DNA of 64,000 nt, from positions 384,001 to 448,000 of the forward strand of contig CP147780.1 of assembly GCA_037310415.1 (NCBI GenBank), in the 5' to 3' direction. The notes below the pieces were generated by a model. That model had not been told where the DNA came from. It saw nothing but the letters and a program-made list of their open reading frames with translations, and made no database searches. Shown piece after piece: positions 10,358 through 19,883 of the stretch. Every line of letters begins with the position of its first letter. The first letter of the stretch is position 1. The position numbers and the translations under genes are program-made. Source of the stretch: Candidatus Atabeyarchaeum deiterrae. Lineage in GTDB: Archaea > Asgardarchaeota > Atabeyarchaeia > Atabeyarchaeales > Atabeyarchaeaceae.

Positions 10358-10909
10358 ATGAGTCAAGGGATCGTAATAGTGATAGGAGGTTTACATGGAA
10401 CAGGCAAGAGTACTTGCGCAAGAATACTGGCCAAAGAACTTAAGCTAAGGTACGTTTCATCCGGTGAGTACTTTAGGACAATGGCTAGGGAGAGAGGAAT
10501 GACGATTGAGGAATTCAGCCATCATGCTGAGAAGCATCATGACGTGGACGAGAAGGTGGATTCCGAGATGGTTCAAGCCTCGAGAGCCAGAAAAGTTGTC
10601 ACTGAAGGGCAGATTGCCGCTCATTTAATAGAGAAACCCGACATCACTGTCTTTTTGACTGCGCCGAAAGAAGTCAGAATCAAAAGGCTGTCGCACCGAG
10701 ATGGCAAAAGCATCAAGGAATCCCTTAGAGAAACTGAGGCACGAGAAAACAGTGAGAGAAAGCGTTACATGAGGTTATACGGAATCGACGTGCGCGATTA
10801 TTCAGCTTACAACTTGATCATAGACACTTCCAAGTGGTCAGCCGAAGCAGTCGCGAAGATCATCAGGATGGCCACTGAGGAGTACCAGAAGGAAAAACTT
10901 AATACTTGA
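10358..10909 (+). CDS. cmk: Cytidylate kinase
   Basis: P-loop GLHGTGKST, SSGEYFR, RYMRLYGID; synteny. Confidence 0.92.
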   Translation: MSQGIVIVIGGLHGTGKSTCARILAKELKLRYVSSGEYFRTMARERGMTIEEFSHHAEKHHDVDEKVDSEMVQASRARKVVTEGQIAAHLIEKPDITVFLTAPKEVRIKRLSHRDGKSIKESLRETEARENSERKRYMRLYGIDVRDYSAYNLIIDTSKWSAEAVAKIIRMATEEYQKEKLNT

Positions 10910-11041
10910 GACTCCTTTAAACGCACTAATTGATCCAGCACCCTTAGTTAAGGGGGCAACGCAAAGTGTCTCCCACTGGATCGTATTTACCTTAGATATT
11001 GGAAAACAAAAGGCACTGTGCTGCTGGAGGTGACACATCGA

Positions 11042-11317
11042 ATGGTAGCCATTGAAGTAGGTAGAATCTGTGTCAAGACGACAGGAAGAGAAGCAGGACG
11101 TAAATGTGTGATGGTTGATATCGTCGACGACAGCTTTGTCCTCATAACTGGTCCCAAAGATGTTAATGGAGTCAAGAGACGTAGAGTGAATGTGAGACAT
11201 ATTGAAGTTACGAATGACAAGATAATCGTTAAGAAAGATGCCAGCGACGACGAAGTCAAGAAGGCACTGGAAAAAGCAGGTAAACTTGAGAGCATGAAGG
11301 AGACAGTCAAGATATAG
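11042..11317 (+). CDS. rpl14e: 50S ribosomal protein eL14
   Basis: IEVGRICVK..GREAG, VKRRRVN. Confidence 0.95.
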   Translation: MVAIEVGRICVKTTGREAGRKCVMVDIVDDSFVLITGPKDVNGVKRRRVNVRHIEVTNDKIIVKKDASDDEVKKALEKAGKLESMKETVKI

Positions 11318-11447
11318 GCTTCAAACAGGTTTGCATATACTTGACTGGTTTTCTCATGAGTTCTCTTCGCAACGGATTTCACTGCCCATCACTTTATTTC
11401 AAATCCTCGATTATTGACTAGATGATTATCGGAGGGTCAATCAAGCA

Positions 11448-12490
11448 ATGAAAGAAGCTAAGCTACCATATGACATAAAGAGAAGCTTTCGAGACAAATC
11501 TCATGATGTTACAGACGACAGATTTGGCTGCAATCCATCGAAACGTCCCATAGCTGAACATATCGACAAGGGCGTAATCAACTTGGACAAGCCAGCAGGC
11601 CCGACGAGTCACGAAGTGGTCGCCTGGGTAAAGAGGATATTTGGAATCGAGAAGGCTGGTCATGGCGGGACTCTAGAACTGACCATCGTTACCTGACACA
11701 TGTATGGCGGCAGAGTAATCCCCGAGTAACTGGTCTTCTGCCTGTAATGCTGAGTAACGCAACTAAACTCGTCCAAGCAATCTTGCCCGCAGGTAAGGAA
11801 TACATATGCATTATGAGGCTGCATAGCGACGTTTCGGACCAGGAACTAAAGGAAGTCTGTGAAGAGTTTGAAGGCCCGATACACCAAAGACCGCCTTTAA
11901 GATCTTCTGTCAAGCGCATCTCTCGCATTAGAACGATTTACTATCTTCAAGTTCTCGAGAGAGACGGCAGAGACATATTAATGAGGATTGGGTGCCAAGC
12001 GGGCACATACATAAGGAAACTCTGTCACGATATCGGTGAGGCCATCGGCGGTGGTGCTCACATGAAAGAATTAAGGAGAACCAGAACGGGGTCCCTAAGA
12101 GAAGATGAGTCCATGATGATCCTCCAAGACATTGTAGATGCAGTTCACTTCTGGAAGAACGATGGAAATGAAGACCCTGTTCGGAAGGTTGTCCGGCCTA
12201 TGGAGGAGGCAATTGAACACCTCCCAAAGATCATTATTCGAGATTCGGCGGTCGACGCGATATGTCACGGAGCTCAACTTGCAGCCCCTGGCATACTCAA
12301 GACCCATACTGGCATAGCAAAGAACGCCTTAATCGGAATCTTCACATTGAAAGGAGAAATCGTTGCGTTGGGACGGGCACAGCTTGATACGGAGAACATA
12401 ATCTCAGCTGATAAGGGTATAGTCGCTGCTATCGAACGCGTGATTATGGAACCGGGGGTATACCCAAAGCACGAAAAGCAGAACAGTTAA
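11448..12490 (+). CDS. cbf5: H/ACA RNA-guided pseudouridine synthase Cbf5, split by an intron (exons 11448-11676 and 11718-12490)
   Basis: [12 protein letters not shown]; splicing restores [15 protein letters not shown]; GTYIRKLC; C-terminal PUA domain. Confidence 0.95.
11677..11717 (+). other. 41-nt BHB pre-mRNA intron in cbf5
   Basis: GGGA/UCCC outer helix, CUCU/AGAG central helix, AGA and UAA 3-nt bulges; removal restores the frame and the GAU codon. Confidence 0.9.
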
Positions 12491-12532
12491 CTGCAGAATC
12501 ATGGTTGCTCGGATGGTTGGGATTTAAATAAT

Positions 12533-13165
12533 ATGCCTGAACATTACTTTACCGCTGAACCAACATCTGAACTGAAGCTAAGATCGCTGACTTTTGCTGT
12601 ACTTGGAATAGAACTGCGATTTCTGACAGCTTCCGGAGTTTTTTCGCACAGAAGGGTTGACACAGGAACTAGAGTGCTTCTTAAGTCCATGAAGATACCC
12701 AACAGAGGGCAGATTCTAGACCTAGGCTGTGGATGGGGGGCCATTGGAGTATTCATAGCTATGACACATCCAGAAGCGCGTGTCGTAATGACCGACATAA
12801 ACAAGAGGGCAGTTCGACTTGCTGTAGAAAACGTTAAGCTCAACAAAACAAGTGCTGAAGTAAGATGTGGTGACCTCTATGAGCCAGTCAGCCGCATGAA
12901 GTTTGATGCCATCGTCTCTAATCCGCCCATATCTGCAGGGTTCAGCTTGATAATCAGGCTAATCAATGAAGCATATGACCATCTTAATCGGGGAGGCTCA
13001 ATTCAACTTGTTGCTCGCAAGAGAAAAGGCGGCAGGACTATATCGAAGATTCTGTCAAAAGCCTTTGGTAATGTCCAAGAGATCGAGAAGAAGAGCGGAT
13101 ACACTGTATATTTATCACGTAAAGAGAATGAAATCGGTTCTGAACAGCCAGACAAAAGGGTTTAA
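12533..13165 (+). CDS. Class I SAM-dependent methyltransferase (RsmC/MTS-like)
   Basis: EHYF, GVFS..RVDTGT, LDLGCGWG, NPP. Confidence 0.9.
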   Translation: MPEHYFTAEPTSELKLRSLTFAVLGIELRFLTASGVFSHRRVDTGTRVLLKSMKIPNRGQILDLGCGWGAIGVFIAMTHPEARVVMTDINKRAVRLAVENVKLNKTSAEVRCGDLYEPVSRMKFDAIVSNPPISAGFSLIIRLINEAYDHLNRGGSIQLVARKRKGGRTISKILSKAFGNVQEIEKKSGYTVYLSRKENEIGSEQPDKRV

Positions 13166-13167
13166 AT
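13151..13167 (+). promoter_or_regulatory. BRE-TATA promoter of tRNA-Ser
   Basis: GACAAAAGGG-TTTAAAT about 30 nt upstream of the tRNA 5' end. Confidence 0.55.
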
Positions 13168-13195
13168 GGATCTGGAAACCCTAGAAAAAAGAAGA

Positions 13196-13313
13196 GCCGT
13201 GGTAGCCAAGTTCGGTTAAGGCGCGGGATTGGAGATCCCGTTCCCTTTATGGGAGCGCCGGTTCAAATCCGGCCCAATCCACTCGGACAATCTCCGCGTG
13301 GAGGCTAACGGCG
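13196..13313 (+). tRNA. tRNA-Ser(GGA), long variable arm, intron at 68/69
   Basis: Acceptor GCCGTGG; anticodon arm CGGGA-TTGGAGA-TCCCG; variable arm TTCCC/GGGAG; T arm GCCGG-TTCAAAT-CCGGC; 3' strand CCA|CGGC-G interrupted. Confidence 0.92.
13277..13308 (+). other. 32-nt BHB tRNA intron in the acceptor stem
   Basis: CC-GGCC-CAA-UCCAC pairs with GUGGA-GGCU-AAC-GG; cutting after the 2nd nucleotide of each bulge regenerates CCACGGC. Confidence 0.85.
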
Positions 13314-13487
13314 CCTCAATCTATTAGAATGTGAGACTGGCCTCCCAATGGGGACAACAGCAAGAACTGGAATTACGCCAAACCTACTTCTGCCACTTTA
13401 CTGTCCCAGAGAAACTAGTCCTACGCAGACGTACGAGGGGAGTTTTAATGGTTTCGCAAAGAATCGTTATCGGAGGATCGCTCACAC

Positions 13488-14519
13488 ATGAATTTGATCA
13501 CAAAATACCGATTGGCAAAAGCAATTCGAAGAGGTCTGAGACTCATAACTATTCAGACGGCTATAGAAGAAGGGTACCAAAGAATACTCTCGAAACCCTT
13601 GACGATCGATGGGCTTTGTGACGCAGCTAACTACAATCCAAGTATGAAAAGCAAAGTGAAACTATTTCTTGACGCGCTAGCCTCATATGCCGTGGTAAGA
13701 CAAGAAGACGGTTCAGATGGAGTCACTCACTACAGATGGTCGCGGCGCTCGGGTCATGCTGAGGAAGCAAAAGATATCAAAACAAAGACAGATGAACTCC
13801 TGTCTCGCAAGTATTGTGGCGAACTACTCAGAGGGCAGCACATAGAACTTGCTAGGAATTGGAGACGTATGGTTCGTGGCGAGCCTGAAGATGAGTTGAC
13901 AAGAGCAAGAGAAATGATTGCAATATCGATAGGTCTCCGTGCTGAATTGATGCAAGAAGGAAGAAAAAGAGCATTGGGGATTATCGGCATAAAGCCCGGA
14001 ACAAACGCTATTGACATAGGATGCGGAGCAGGCACGAGCACAATCCAACTTGCCGAAGCAGTGGGACCACAAGGACATGTCTCGGGTGTCGAAGTTGATG
14101 AGAATCTGTACTCGGAAGCAGTTGTCAGGTATCAAGAGTTGTCTTCGAGTTACCGGAAGAGCATTGCAGAAATTGACTTTGTAATGGCCGATATTAGAGA
14201 CGAAGCTCTGCGTGCTCTCGGAGGAGATTTCGATGCTGCAACTACTTTCCTATTCTGGCACTATATCAAAGAAGATGACTATGTCAAGGTATTGATGAAC
14301 ATAAACGAAGGTCTTAAGCAGAATGGAAGAATTGGTGGAATACAGCCTATGCATCTCAGAAGTGATGATGTTTTTGATGGTGAGTGGGCGGGCACTGCCA
14401 TCTCAGAGTTCACGTATTACCCTTTCATTCAGAAGTTCAGGAACACACTCAAAGAATGTGGTTTTGGGAAATTCAAGTTCTCAAAGATGGTATTGACTTT
14501 CCGTGCCGACAAAGACTGA
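13488..14519 (+). CDS. Class I SAM methyltransferase with N-terminal HTH/dimerisation-like domain
   Basis: IDIGCGAG, GHVSGVE, FDAAT..LFWH; own TATA and SD GGAGG. Confidence 0.8.
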   Translation: MNLITKYRLAKAIRRGLRLITIQTAIEEGYQRILSKPLTIDGLCDAANYNPSMKSKVKLFLDALASYAVVRQEDGSDGVTHYRWSRRSGHAEEAKDIKTKTDELLSRKYCGELLRGQHIELARNWRRMVRGEPEDELTRAREMIAISIGLRAELMQEGRKRALGIIGIKPGTNAIDIGCGAGTSTIQLAEAVGPQGHVSGVEVDENLYSEAVVRYQELSSSYRKSIAEIDFVMADIRDEALRALGGDFDAATTFLFWHYIKEDDYVKVLMNINEGLKQNGRIGGIQPMHLRSDDVFDGEWAGTAISEFTYYPFIQKFRNTLKECGFGKFKFSKMVLTFRADKD

Positions 14520-14591
14520 TTCCCCATCTGAGACAGAGGGATAGCGAATCCAACGTTTCCTCAAACGTGTCACTAGGGCGACAAGAGGAGA

Positions 14592-14605
14592 GAAAATGTT
14601 AAATA
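14592..14605 (+). promoter_or_regulatory. BRE-TATA upstream of uS13
   Basis: GAAAAT-GTTAAATA. Confidence 0.45.
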
Positions 14606-14736
14606 GTTACTAGTATTTCTCTCGTTAAATCAACTACGTTCTATGAGAACTGACCAGGAGACCTTATTCACCTGCATTCATGTGTCAATTTACTGTCGTT
14701 TGAGTGAACAACAACTAGCTCAAAGGGTGTTCCAGC

Positions 14737-15198
14737 ATGACAGAGGCGTACAGACACATCGTGAGAATAGTTGGAACTGATCTTGATGGCTCAGCGAAGC
14801 TGTCCTACGCATTGGCCAAAATCGAAGGAGTAGGCATAAGAACCGCATACGCAGCGATAAAGATAGCAGGATTGGATCCCGAGATAAGAACAGGTAATCT
14901 ATCCGATGTTCAGGCCAAGGAACTCGAAAAAGTAATTCAAGATCTGTCAAAAATCGGGATACCAAGCTGGTTACTCAATAGACGTAAGGACGTCGCAACT
15001 GGCAAAGATATACATCTTCTAGGACCTGATTTAAAACTGACGACTAGAATGGATATCGAAAGAATGAAAGCCACAAAGAGCTGGAAAGGAATAAGACATT
15101 CACTTGGTTTGAAAGTGCGTGGCCAACACACAAGAACGACTGGAAGAACGGGTCAGAGCGTGGGAGTCAGCAAGAAGAAAGCAAGAGCAGTGAAGTAG
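14737..15198 (+). CDS. rps13: 30S ribosomal protein uS13
   Basis: WLLNRRKD, GLKVRGQHTRTTGR. Confidence 0.97.
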   Translation: MTEAYRHIVRIVGTDLDGSAKLSYALAKIEGVGIRTAYAAIKIAGLDPEIRTGNLSDVQAKELEKVIQDLSKIGIPSWLLNRRKDVATGKDIHLLGPDLKLTTRMDIERMKATKSWKGIRHSLGLKVRGQHTRTTGRTGQSVGVSKKKARAVK

Positions 15199-15242
15199 AT
15201 GAGGATCGCTAACACTGAAACTCAATTCAGAGGTTGAACCAA

Positions 15243-15842
15243 TTGGGAGACATCAAGAAACTAAGGAAGAAGTACGTCAAACCAGGTCACCCTTGGCAGA
15301 AGGAGAGAATCCGGTCAGAGATAATTCTTGTCGGCAAGTATGGATTAAGAAACAAGAGAGAAGTCTGGATCTCGCGGACACTTCTTGGAGACTTCCGCAA
15401 GCGGGCAAGAGAAATCCTCTCGTTGCCACCAGAAGAAAAAGAAAAGGAAGAAAAGAGGCTCGTTGGAAGATTACACAGAATGGGACTGGTGCAGGAAAAT
15501 TCAACAATAGACGATGTACTAAATCTGAATCTAACTAACACTCTTGAAAGAAGACTCCAAACAGTAGTCTACAAGTTGGGGTTGGCAAAATCAATTCACC
15601 AAGCCAGACAACTAATCGTGCACGGGCACATCGCCATATCGGGCAGCGTCGCAAGATCACCAGGAAGAATCACGAAACTCGAAGAAGAATCAAAGATAAG
15701 CTATGCACCGAACAGCCCATTCGCAAGCCAGAAACCATTAGCAATGGAAGAGAAAAAGCAGACAGAAGAGACGAAGAAAAGTTCGAGCAAGTCAGGAGCG
15801 CATTCGCCAAAACCGGCGAATAAGGAGCACACCGAAGGCTGA
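15243..15842 (+). CDS. rps4: 30S ribosomal protein uS4 with charged C-terminal tail
   Basis: YGLRNKREVW, LERRLQT, ARQLIVHGHI. Confidence 0.96.
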   Translation: MGDIKKLRKKYVKPGHPWQKERIRSEIILVGKYGLRNKREVWISRTLLGDFRKRAREILSLPPEEKEKEEKRLVGRLHRMGLVQENSTIDDVLNLNLTNTLERRLQTVVYKLGLAKSIHQARQLIVHGHIAISGSVARSPGRITKLEEESKISYAPNSPFASQKPLAMEEKKQTEETKKSSSKSGAHSPKPANKEHTEG

Positions 15843-15911
15843 TAATTGGTATTTATTTTTAATTCGCCACACCGACCGAAGTTTTGGCAAGTATGTGGAG
15901 GCTAGCTGAGA

Positions 15912-16532
15912 TTGAGTGAGCGGAAAAAGAAGAAGAGCAGCAAAGAGAAGACAAAAGAAGTAGCAAAAGAAGCTGGAAAACAAGCACCAAAACAGACTAC
16001 GAAGCAGGCTCCCAAAGACGTCACTAAGGAAGCACCAAAGCAGGCTACAAAAGAAGTGAAGAAAGCAGAGGAAGTACGAGGAGAAATCTCCGAAGAGGAG
16101 ACAAAGAAGAAGGAGAGAACGAGAGAACCAGTAGTAGATGACGGGCGGAGAATGAGATGGGGAGTAGCTCATATCTTCAGTTCATATAACGACACGATAA
16201 TACATATTACAGATTTGACAGGGGCTGAAACGATGGCAAGGGCATCGGGTGGAATGATAGTTAAAGCTGATCGAGATGAAGCGACTCCCTATGCTGCCAT
16301 GCAGGCATCATTCAGGGCTGCACAAGAAGCGATGGACAAGGGCATCAGAGGAGTTCATATTAAGGTCAGAGCGCCAGGAGGGCACGGACCTAAGACTCCT
16401 GGTCCAGGCGCCCAAGCTGCCATCAGAGCATTAGCAAGAGCTGGTCTGAGAATAGGCAGAATAGAAGAATGTACTCCAATCCCGCACGACGGAACAAGAC
16501 GACCAGGTGGAAGACGAGGTCGGCGCGTCTAG
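15912..16532 (+). CDS. rps11: 30S ribosomal protein uS11 with about 75-aa repetitive N-terminal extension
   Basis: [28 protein letters not shown]. Confidence 0.96.
   Translation: MSERKKKKSSKEKTKEVAKEAGKQAPKQTTKQAPKDVTKEAPKQATKEVKKAEEVRGEISEEETKKKERTREPVVDDGRRMRWGVAHIFSSYNDTIIHITDLTGAETMARASGGMIVKADRDEATPYAAMQASFRAAQEAMDKGIRGVHIKVRAPGGHGPKTPGPGAQAAIRALARAGLRIGRIEECTPIPHDGTRRPGGRRGRRV
15942..16073 (+). repeat. Degenerate 12-bp tandem repeat encoding K-(E/Q/D)-x-x tetrapeptides (11 units)
   Basis: [44 protein letters not shown]. Confidence 0.8.
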
Positions 16533-16693
16533 GGAGGATCACCTTTCCACGTTTACTCGAAGAATCACATAAGAATGTCAGCAAGTTGGTGTTGCGAGTG
16601 TCATTAGAGAAAAATTAAAATAACAACGGGCTTATCTGCTTCTTTCATGACTCGGTTCGTTCTGCGTCTTAATTTTGTGTACAGGTGTGATTA

Positions 16694-17515
16694 ATGGAGA
16701 TTGAAATCTTAGAGAAAGATAACGTACACATGAAGTTTCTGTTGCGGGGTGTTCGTGCTTCACTTGCGAATGCCTTGAGACGGATAATGATTAGCGAAGT
16801 ACCCTCCTTGGCGATAGAGGATGTCATAATAGTTGAGAATACATCACCAATGTATGACGAGGTACTTGCACACCGGCTGGGTTTAATCCCGATAAAAACC
16901 GATCTGAAGATGTTCTCCAAACCTGAAGAATGCGAATGCAAAGGAACTGGATGCCCCCGGTGCCAAGTTGTATTCACTCTCGATAAGAAAGCTGTTGATG
17001 GACCTGTGACAGTGTACTCGGGCGACCTTAAGTCGCAGGTGCCGCAGGTTGAGCCATCTACACCGAGAATTCCTTTGGTCAAACTGAGCAGAGGTCAGCA
17101 TGTAGTTCTCGAAGCTTATGCTCGATTAGGAACCGGAAAGGAACACATGAAATGGCAAGCATCCATAGCCAGCTACAAATACCTTCCGATTCTTGAATTG
17201 AACAAGGAGAAGTGTGAGAAGTGCGGTGACTGTGTTGAAGCTTGCCCTCGCAACATAATCCAGATGAAAGGGGACACAATTGAATTTGTCAACGAACTCA
17301 GTTGTTCGTTATGCAGGACCTGCGAAGAAGTATGCAGATACGATTCAGTCAAAGTCCGCTGGGATGAGACAACTTTCATATTCTATGTGGAATCAACTGG
17401 AGCCATACCTCCTGAGAAGATAGTCGAGCATGCAAGCCAAATGCTATTAAGCAAATCACAAGAATTAGTCAAACAACTTGAGGAAGCTAAGGCTACCATA
17501 GCAGTACAAAGGTGA
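16694..17515 (+). CDS. rpoD: RNA polymerase subunit Rpo3 (D) with ferredoxin-like Fe-S domain
   Basis: ANALRR, AHRLGLIP; CEKCGDCVEACP and CSLCRTCEEVC. Confidence 0.96.
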   Translation: MEIEILEKDNVHMKFLLRGVRASLANALRRIMISEVPSLAIEDVIIVENTSPMYDEVLAHRLGLIPIKTDLKMFSKPEECECKGTGCPRCQVVFTLDKKAVDGPVTVYSGDLKSQVPQVEPSTPRIPLVKLSRGQHVVLEAYARLGTGKEHMKWQASIASYKYLPILELNKEKCEKCGDCVEACPRNIIQMKGDTIEFVNELSCSLCRTCEEVCRYDSVKVRWDETTFIFYVESTGAIPPEKIVEHASQMLLSKSQELVKQLEEAKATIAVQR

Positions 17516-17522
17516 TAATATA

Positions 17523-17888
17523 ATGCCTAAGAGAACGGGTTCCACAGATCCCAATGTCGTGCAACTGACAAGGGAACTGAAGAAGAAATCAAACGAACAG
17601 AAAGCTGAAATCTGGCGCTGTGTGTCTGAGAAAATACAGAGATCAAAACGAAGAAGGTCAGAAGTCAATCTTTCCAGAATAAACAGGTATACAAAGGCAA
17701 AAGACACCGTACTCGTTCCGGGTAAGGTTCTCGCATCAGGAGAAATCAATCATGAAGTCTCGGTAGCCGCCCTCTCGTTTTCCAAAGCAGCAAGAGAGAA
17801 AATCGAAAGAGCTAAGGGCAAAGTGTTGACCATATCCGAGCTAGTTTCAAAGAATCCCAAAGGTACGAAAGTGAAAGTTATGGAGTGA
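17523..17888 (+). CDS. rpl18e: 50S ribosomal protein eL18
   Basis: VNLSRINR, VPGKVL. Confidence 0.96.
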   Translation: MPKRTGSTDPNVVQLTRELKKKSNEQKAEIWRCVSEKIQRSKRRRSEVNLSRINRYTKAKDTVLVPGKVLASGEINHEVSVAALSFSKAAREKIERAKGKVLTISELVSKNPKGTKVKVME

Positions 17889-17889
17889 G

Positions 17890-18354
17890 ATGCTAATGAT
17901 CAAAGCAACTGGCCACCAAGCATTCATCGATGCCGATGGACACATACTAGGAAGATTGGCAAGTAGAGTTGCCAAGAGACTTCTGTGCGGCGAGAAGATC
18001 ACCATAGTTAATGCTGACAAGATTCTCGTATCTGGAAGTTACGGCAACCTCATTCAAGAGTATAAGGAAAGACTTAGAATAAGAACACTAGTCAACCCTG
18101 CCAAAGGTCCCTTCCACCAAAGAAGACCAGATGGAATACTGAGAAGGACAATACGCGGCATGCTACCTTGGGACAGAGTTCGAGGAAAAGAGGCATTCAG
18201 ACGCCTTGCTGTTTTCATAGGCGTTCCACCCGAACTCAAGAGCACTAAGTTTGAATTGCTGCCCGAGGCTCGAATGGAGAGACTCAGAGGTAGGTTCGTG
18301 AGACTCGAAGAGATCTCAAAGGAATTGGGCTGGAGACCTTTGTCGCAGAAATAG
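17890..18354 (+). CDS. rpl13: 50S ribosomal protein uL13
   Basis: ILGRLAS, RRTIRGMLP. Confidence 0.96.
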   Translation: MLMIKATGHQAFIDADGHILGRLASRVAKRLLCGEKITIVNADKILVSGSYGNLIQEYKERLRIRTLVNPAKGPFHQRRPDGILRRTIRGMLPWDRVRGKEAFRRLAVFIGVPPELKSTKFELLPEARMERLRGRFVRLEEISKELGWRPLSQK

Positions 18355-18360
18355 AACCGG

Positions 18361-18771
18361 GTGAGAAAAATGAAGATCCTCTTGACCAGTGGCAAAAGAA
18401 AAACTGCAATAGCAAGAGCCGTAGTAAAAGAAGGAAAAGGTAGGGTTAGGATTAACAACATCCCAGTTGAAATCGTAACACCTGAGCTTGCCAGGCTGAA
18501 GATGATGGAGCCTCTGCTTCTGGCAACAGATGACAGAGTAAAGAAAATAGATATTGACGTGGATGTCCACGGCGGAGGATTCATGGGCCAAGCGGAAGCC
18601 GCTCGAACATCGATCGCGAGGGGACTGGTTAGATGGCACAAAGATGCTAAGCTTAAGAAAAGCTTTACGGAATATGATAGAACGATGTTAGCAGGCGATT
18701 CAAGGAGAACTGAACCAAAGAAGTTCGGAGGACATGGGGCGAGAGCCAGAAAGCAGAAGTCTTATAGATGA
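18361..18771 (+). CDS. rps9: 30S ribosomal protein uS9
   Basis: [22 protein letters not shown]. Confidence 0.97.
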   Translation: MRKMKILLTSGKRKTAIARAVVKEGKGRVRINNIPVEIVTPELARLKMMEPLLLATDDRVKKIDIDVDVHGGGFMGQAEAARTSIARGLVRWHKDAKLKKSFTEYDRTMLAGDSRRTEPKKFGGHGARARKQKSYR

Positions 18772-18820
18772 AGTTAGGGTTAATTTGTCACTTCTCAGTC
18801 TAAGAACGGTGAGAACAAGA

Positions 18821-19030
18821 ATGATGATTCCAGTCAGATGCTTCACTTGTGGAAAACCCATAGGAGACAAGTGGGAAGAGTTTATACGTAGAACCAGACA
18901 AGGAGAAGAGCCCAAGAGGGTCCTCGATGAATTAGGAGTGAAGAGATATTGCTGTAGAAGAATGCTGTTGTCTCAGGTCGATCTATTGGAGGACATAATG
19001 ATCTTTACGCCGGGTCAAGAGGAGTCATAG
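18821..19030 (+). CDS. rpoN: RNA polymerase subunit Rpo10 (N)
   Basis: [16 protein letters not shown]. Confidence 0.97.
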   Translation: MMIPVRCFTCGKPIGDKWEEFIRRTRQGEEPKRVLDELGVKRYCCRRMLLSQVDLLEDIMIFTPGQEES

Positions 19031-19086
19031 CCTAAATTAGGAATAAAAGGACACTATAGTTCAATCGTATGTGTGGAGAGAAAGCT

Positions 19087-19704
19087 ATGTCCATGGAGAT
19101 TAAAAGCGAAGAGTTATTGATACCCTTAGACGACTATCTCGCAGCGGGAATGCACATCGGAACTCAAGTTCGAACTGAAAGCATGTCGCCTTTTGTGTAC
19201 CGGGTTCGTTCAGACGGACTCTATGTTCTTGACATCAGAAAAGCCGATGAACGCATACGGGTCGCTGGAAAACTAATAGCGAGATACGAACCATCTAAAG
19301 TCATCGCGGCCTCCTGCAGACAGTATGGTCAGAGACCTGTTCAGAAATTCAGTGAGTTAGCAAGAGCAAAGCCCGTGATCGGAAGAATAGTACCAGGAAC
19401 ACTTACAAATCCTTTTCTTGATACCTACATGGAGCCAGACATCATTATTATCACTGATCCTAGGGCTGACGTTCAAGCACTAGAGGAAGCACTTGTTATT
19501 GGAATTCCAGTCATTGCGCTATGTGATACCGACAATGTCGCGACAAACATAGACTTAGTAATACCGACGAACAATAAAGGAAGAAGAGCCCTCGCCCTGG
19601 TATACTCGTTACTTGCTCGCCAAGTTCTCAGGGAAAGAGGAGAGCTTCCGATGGGCAAGGAGATGGGAGTTACGGTAGACGAATTCGAATCTAAACAGGT
19701 TTAG
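19087..19704 (+). CDS. rps2: 30S ribosomal protein uS2
   Basis: YLAAGMHIGT, PGTLTNP, IPTNNKGR. Confidence 0.97.
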   Translation: MSMEIKSEELLIPLDDYLAAGMHIGTQVRTESMSPFVYRVRSDGLYVLDIRKADERIRVAGKLIARYEPSKVIAASCRQYGQRPVQKFSELARAKPVIGRIVPGTLTNPFLDTYMEPDIIIITDPRADVQALEEALVIGIPVIALCDTDNVATNIDLVIPTNNKGRRALALVYSLLARQVLRERGELPMGKEMGVTVDEFESKQV

Positions 19705-19883
19705 TCGACGCTTATTGAGCTCATAGCCCGAGAAAGCATAATGTCGAGGCAAACCCAGTGCGCTAATTTCTTTTATTATCTTGCGCATTTTTACAGAAAG
19801 AGATATCTCCATGATGGAGTGGGAGTTTGGACTATTTAGGAGGGTAATACCGCATCCAACACCATCCGAGTCACAGGAAAACT

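Noticed and set aside
11448-12490. cbf5 as a frameshifted pseudogene or split two-gene truB
   Set aside because: A precise BHB and exact restoration of the catalytic motif favour an intron.
17200-17345. Two Fe-S motifs in Rpo3
   Set aside because: A known feature of many archaeal D subunits.
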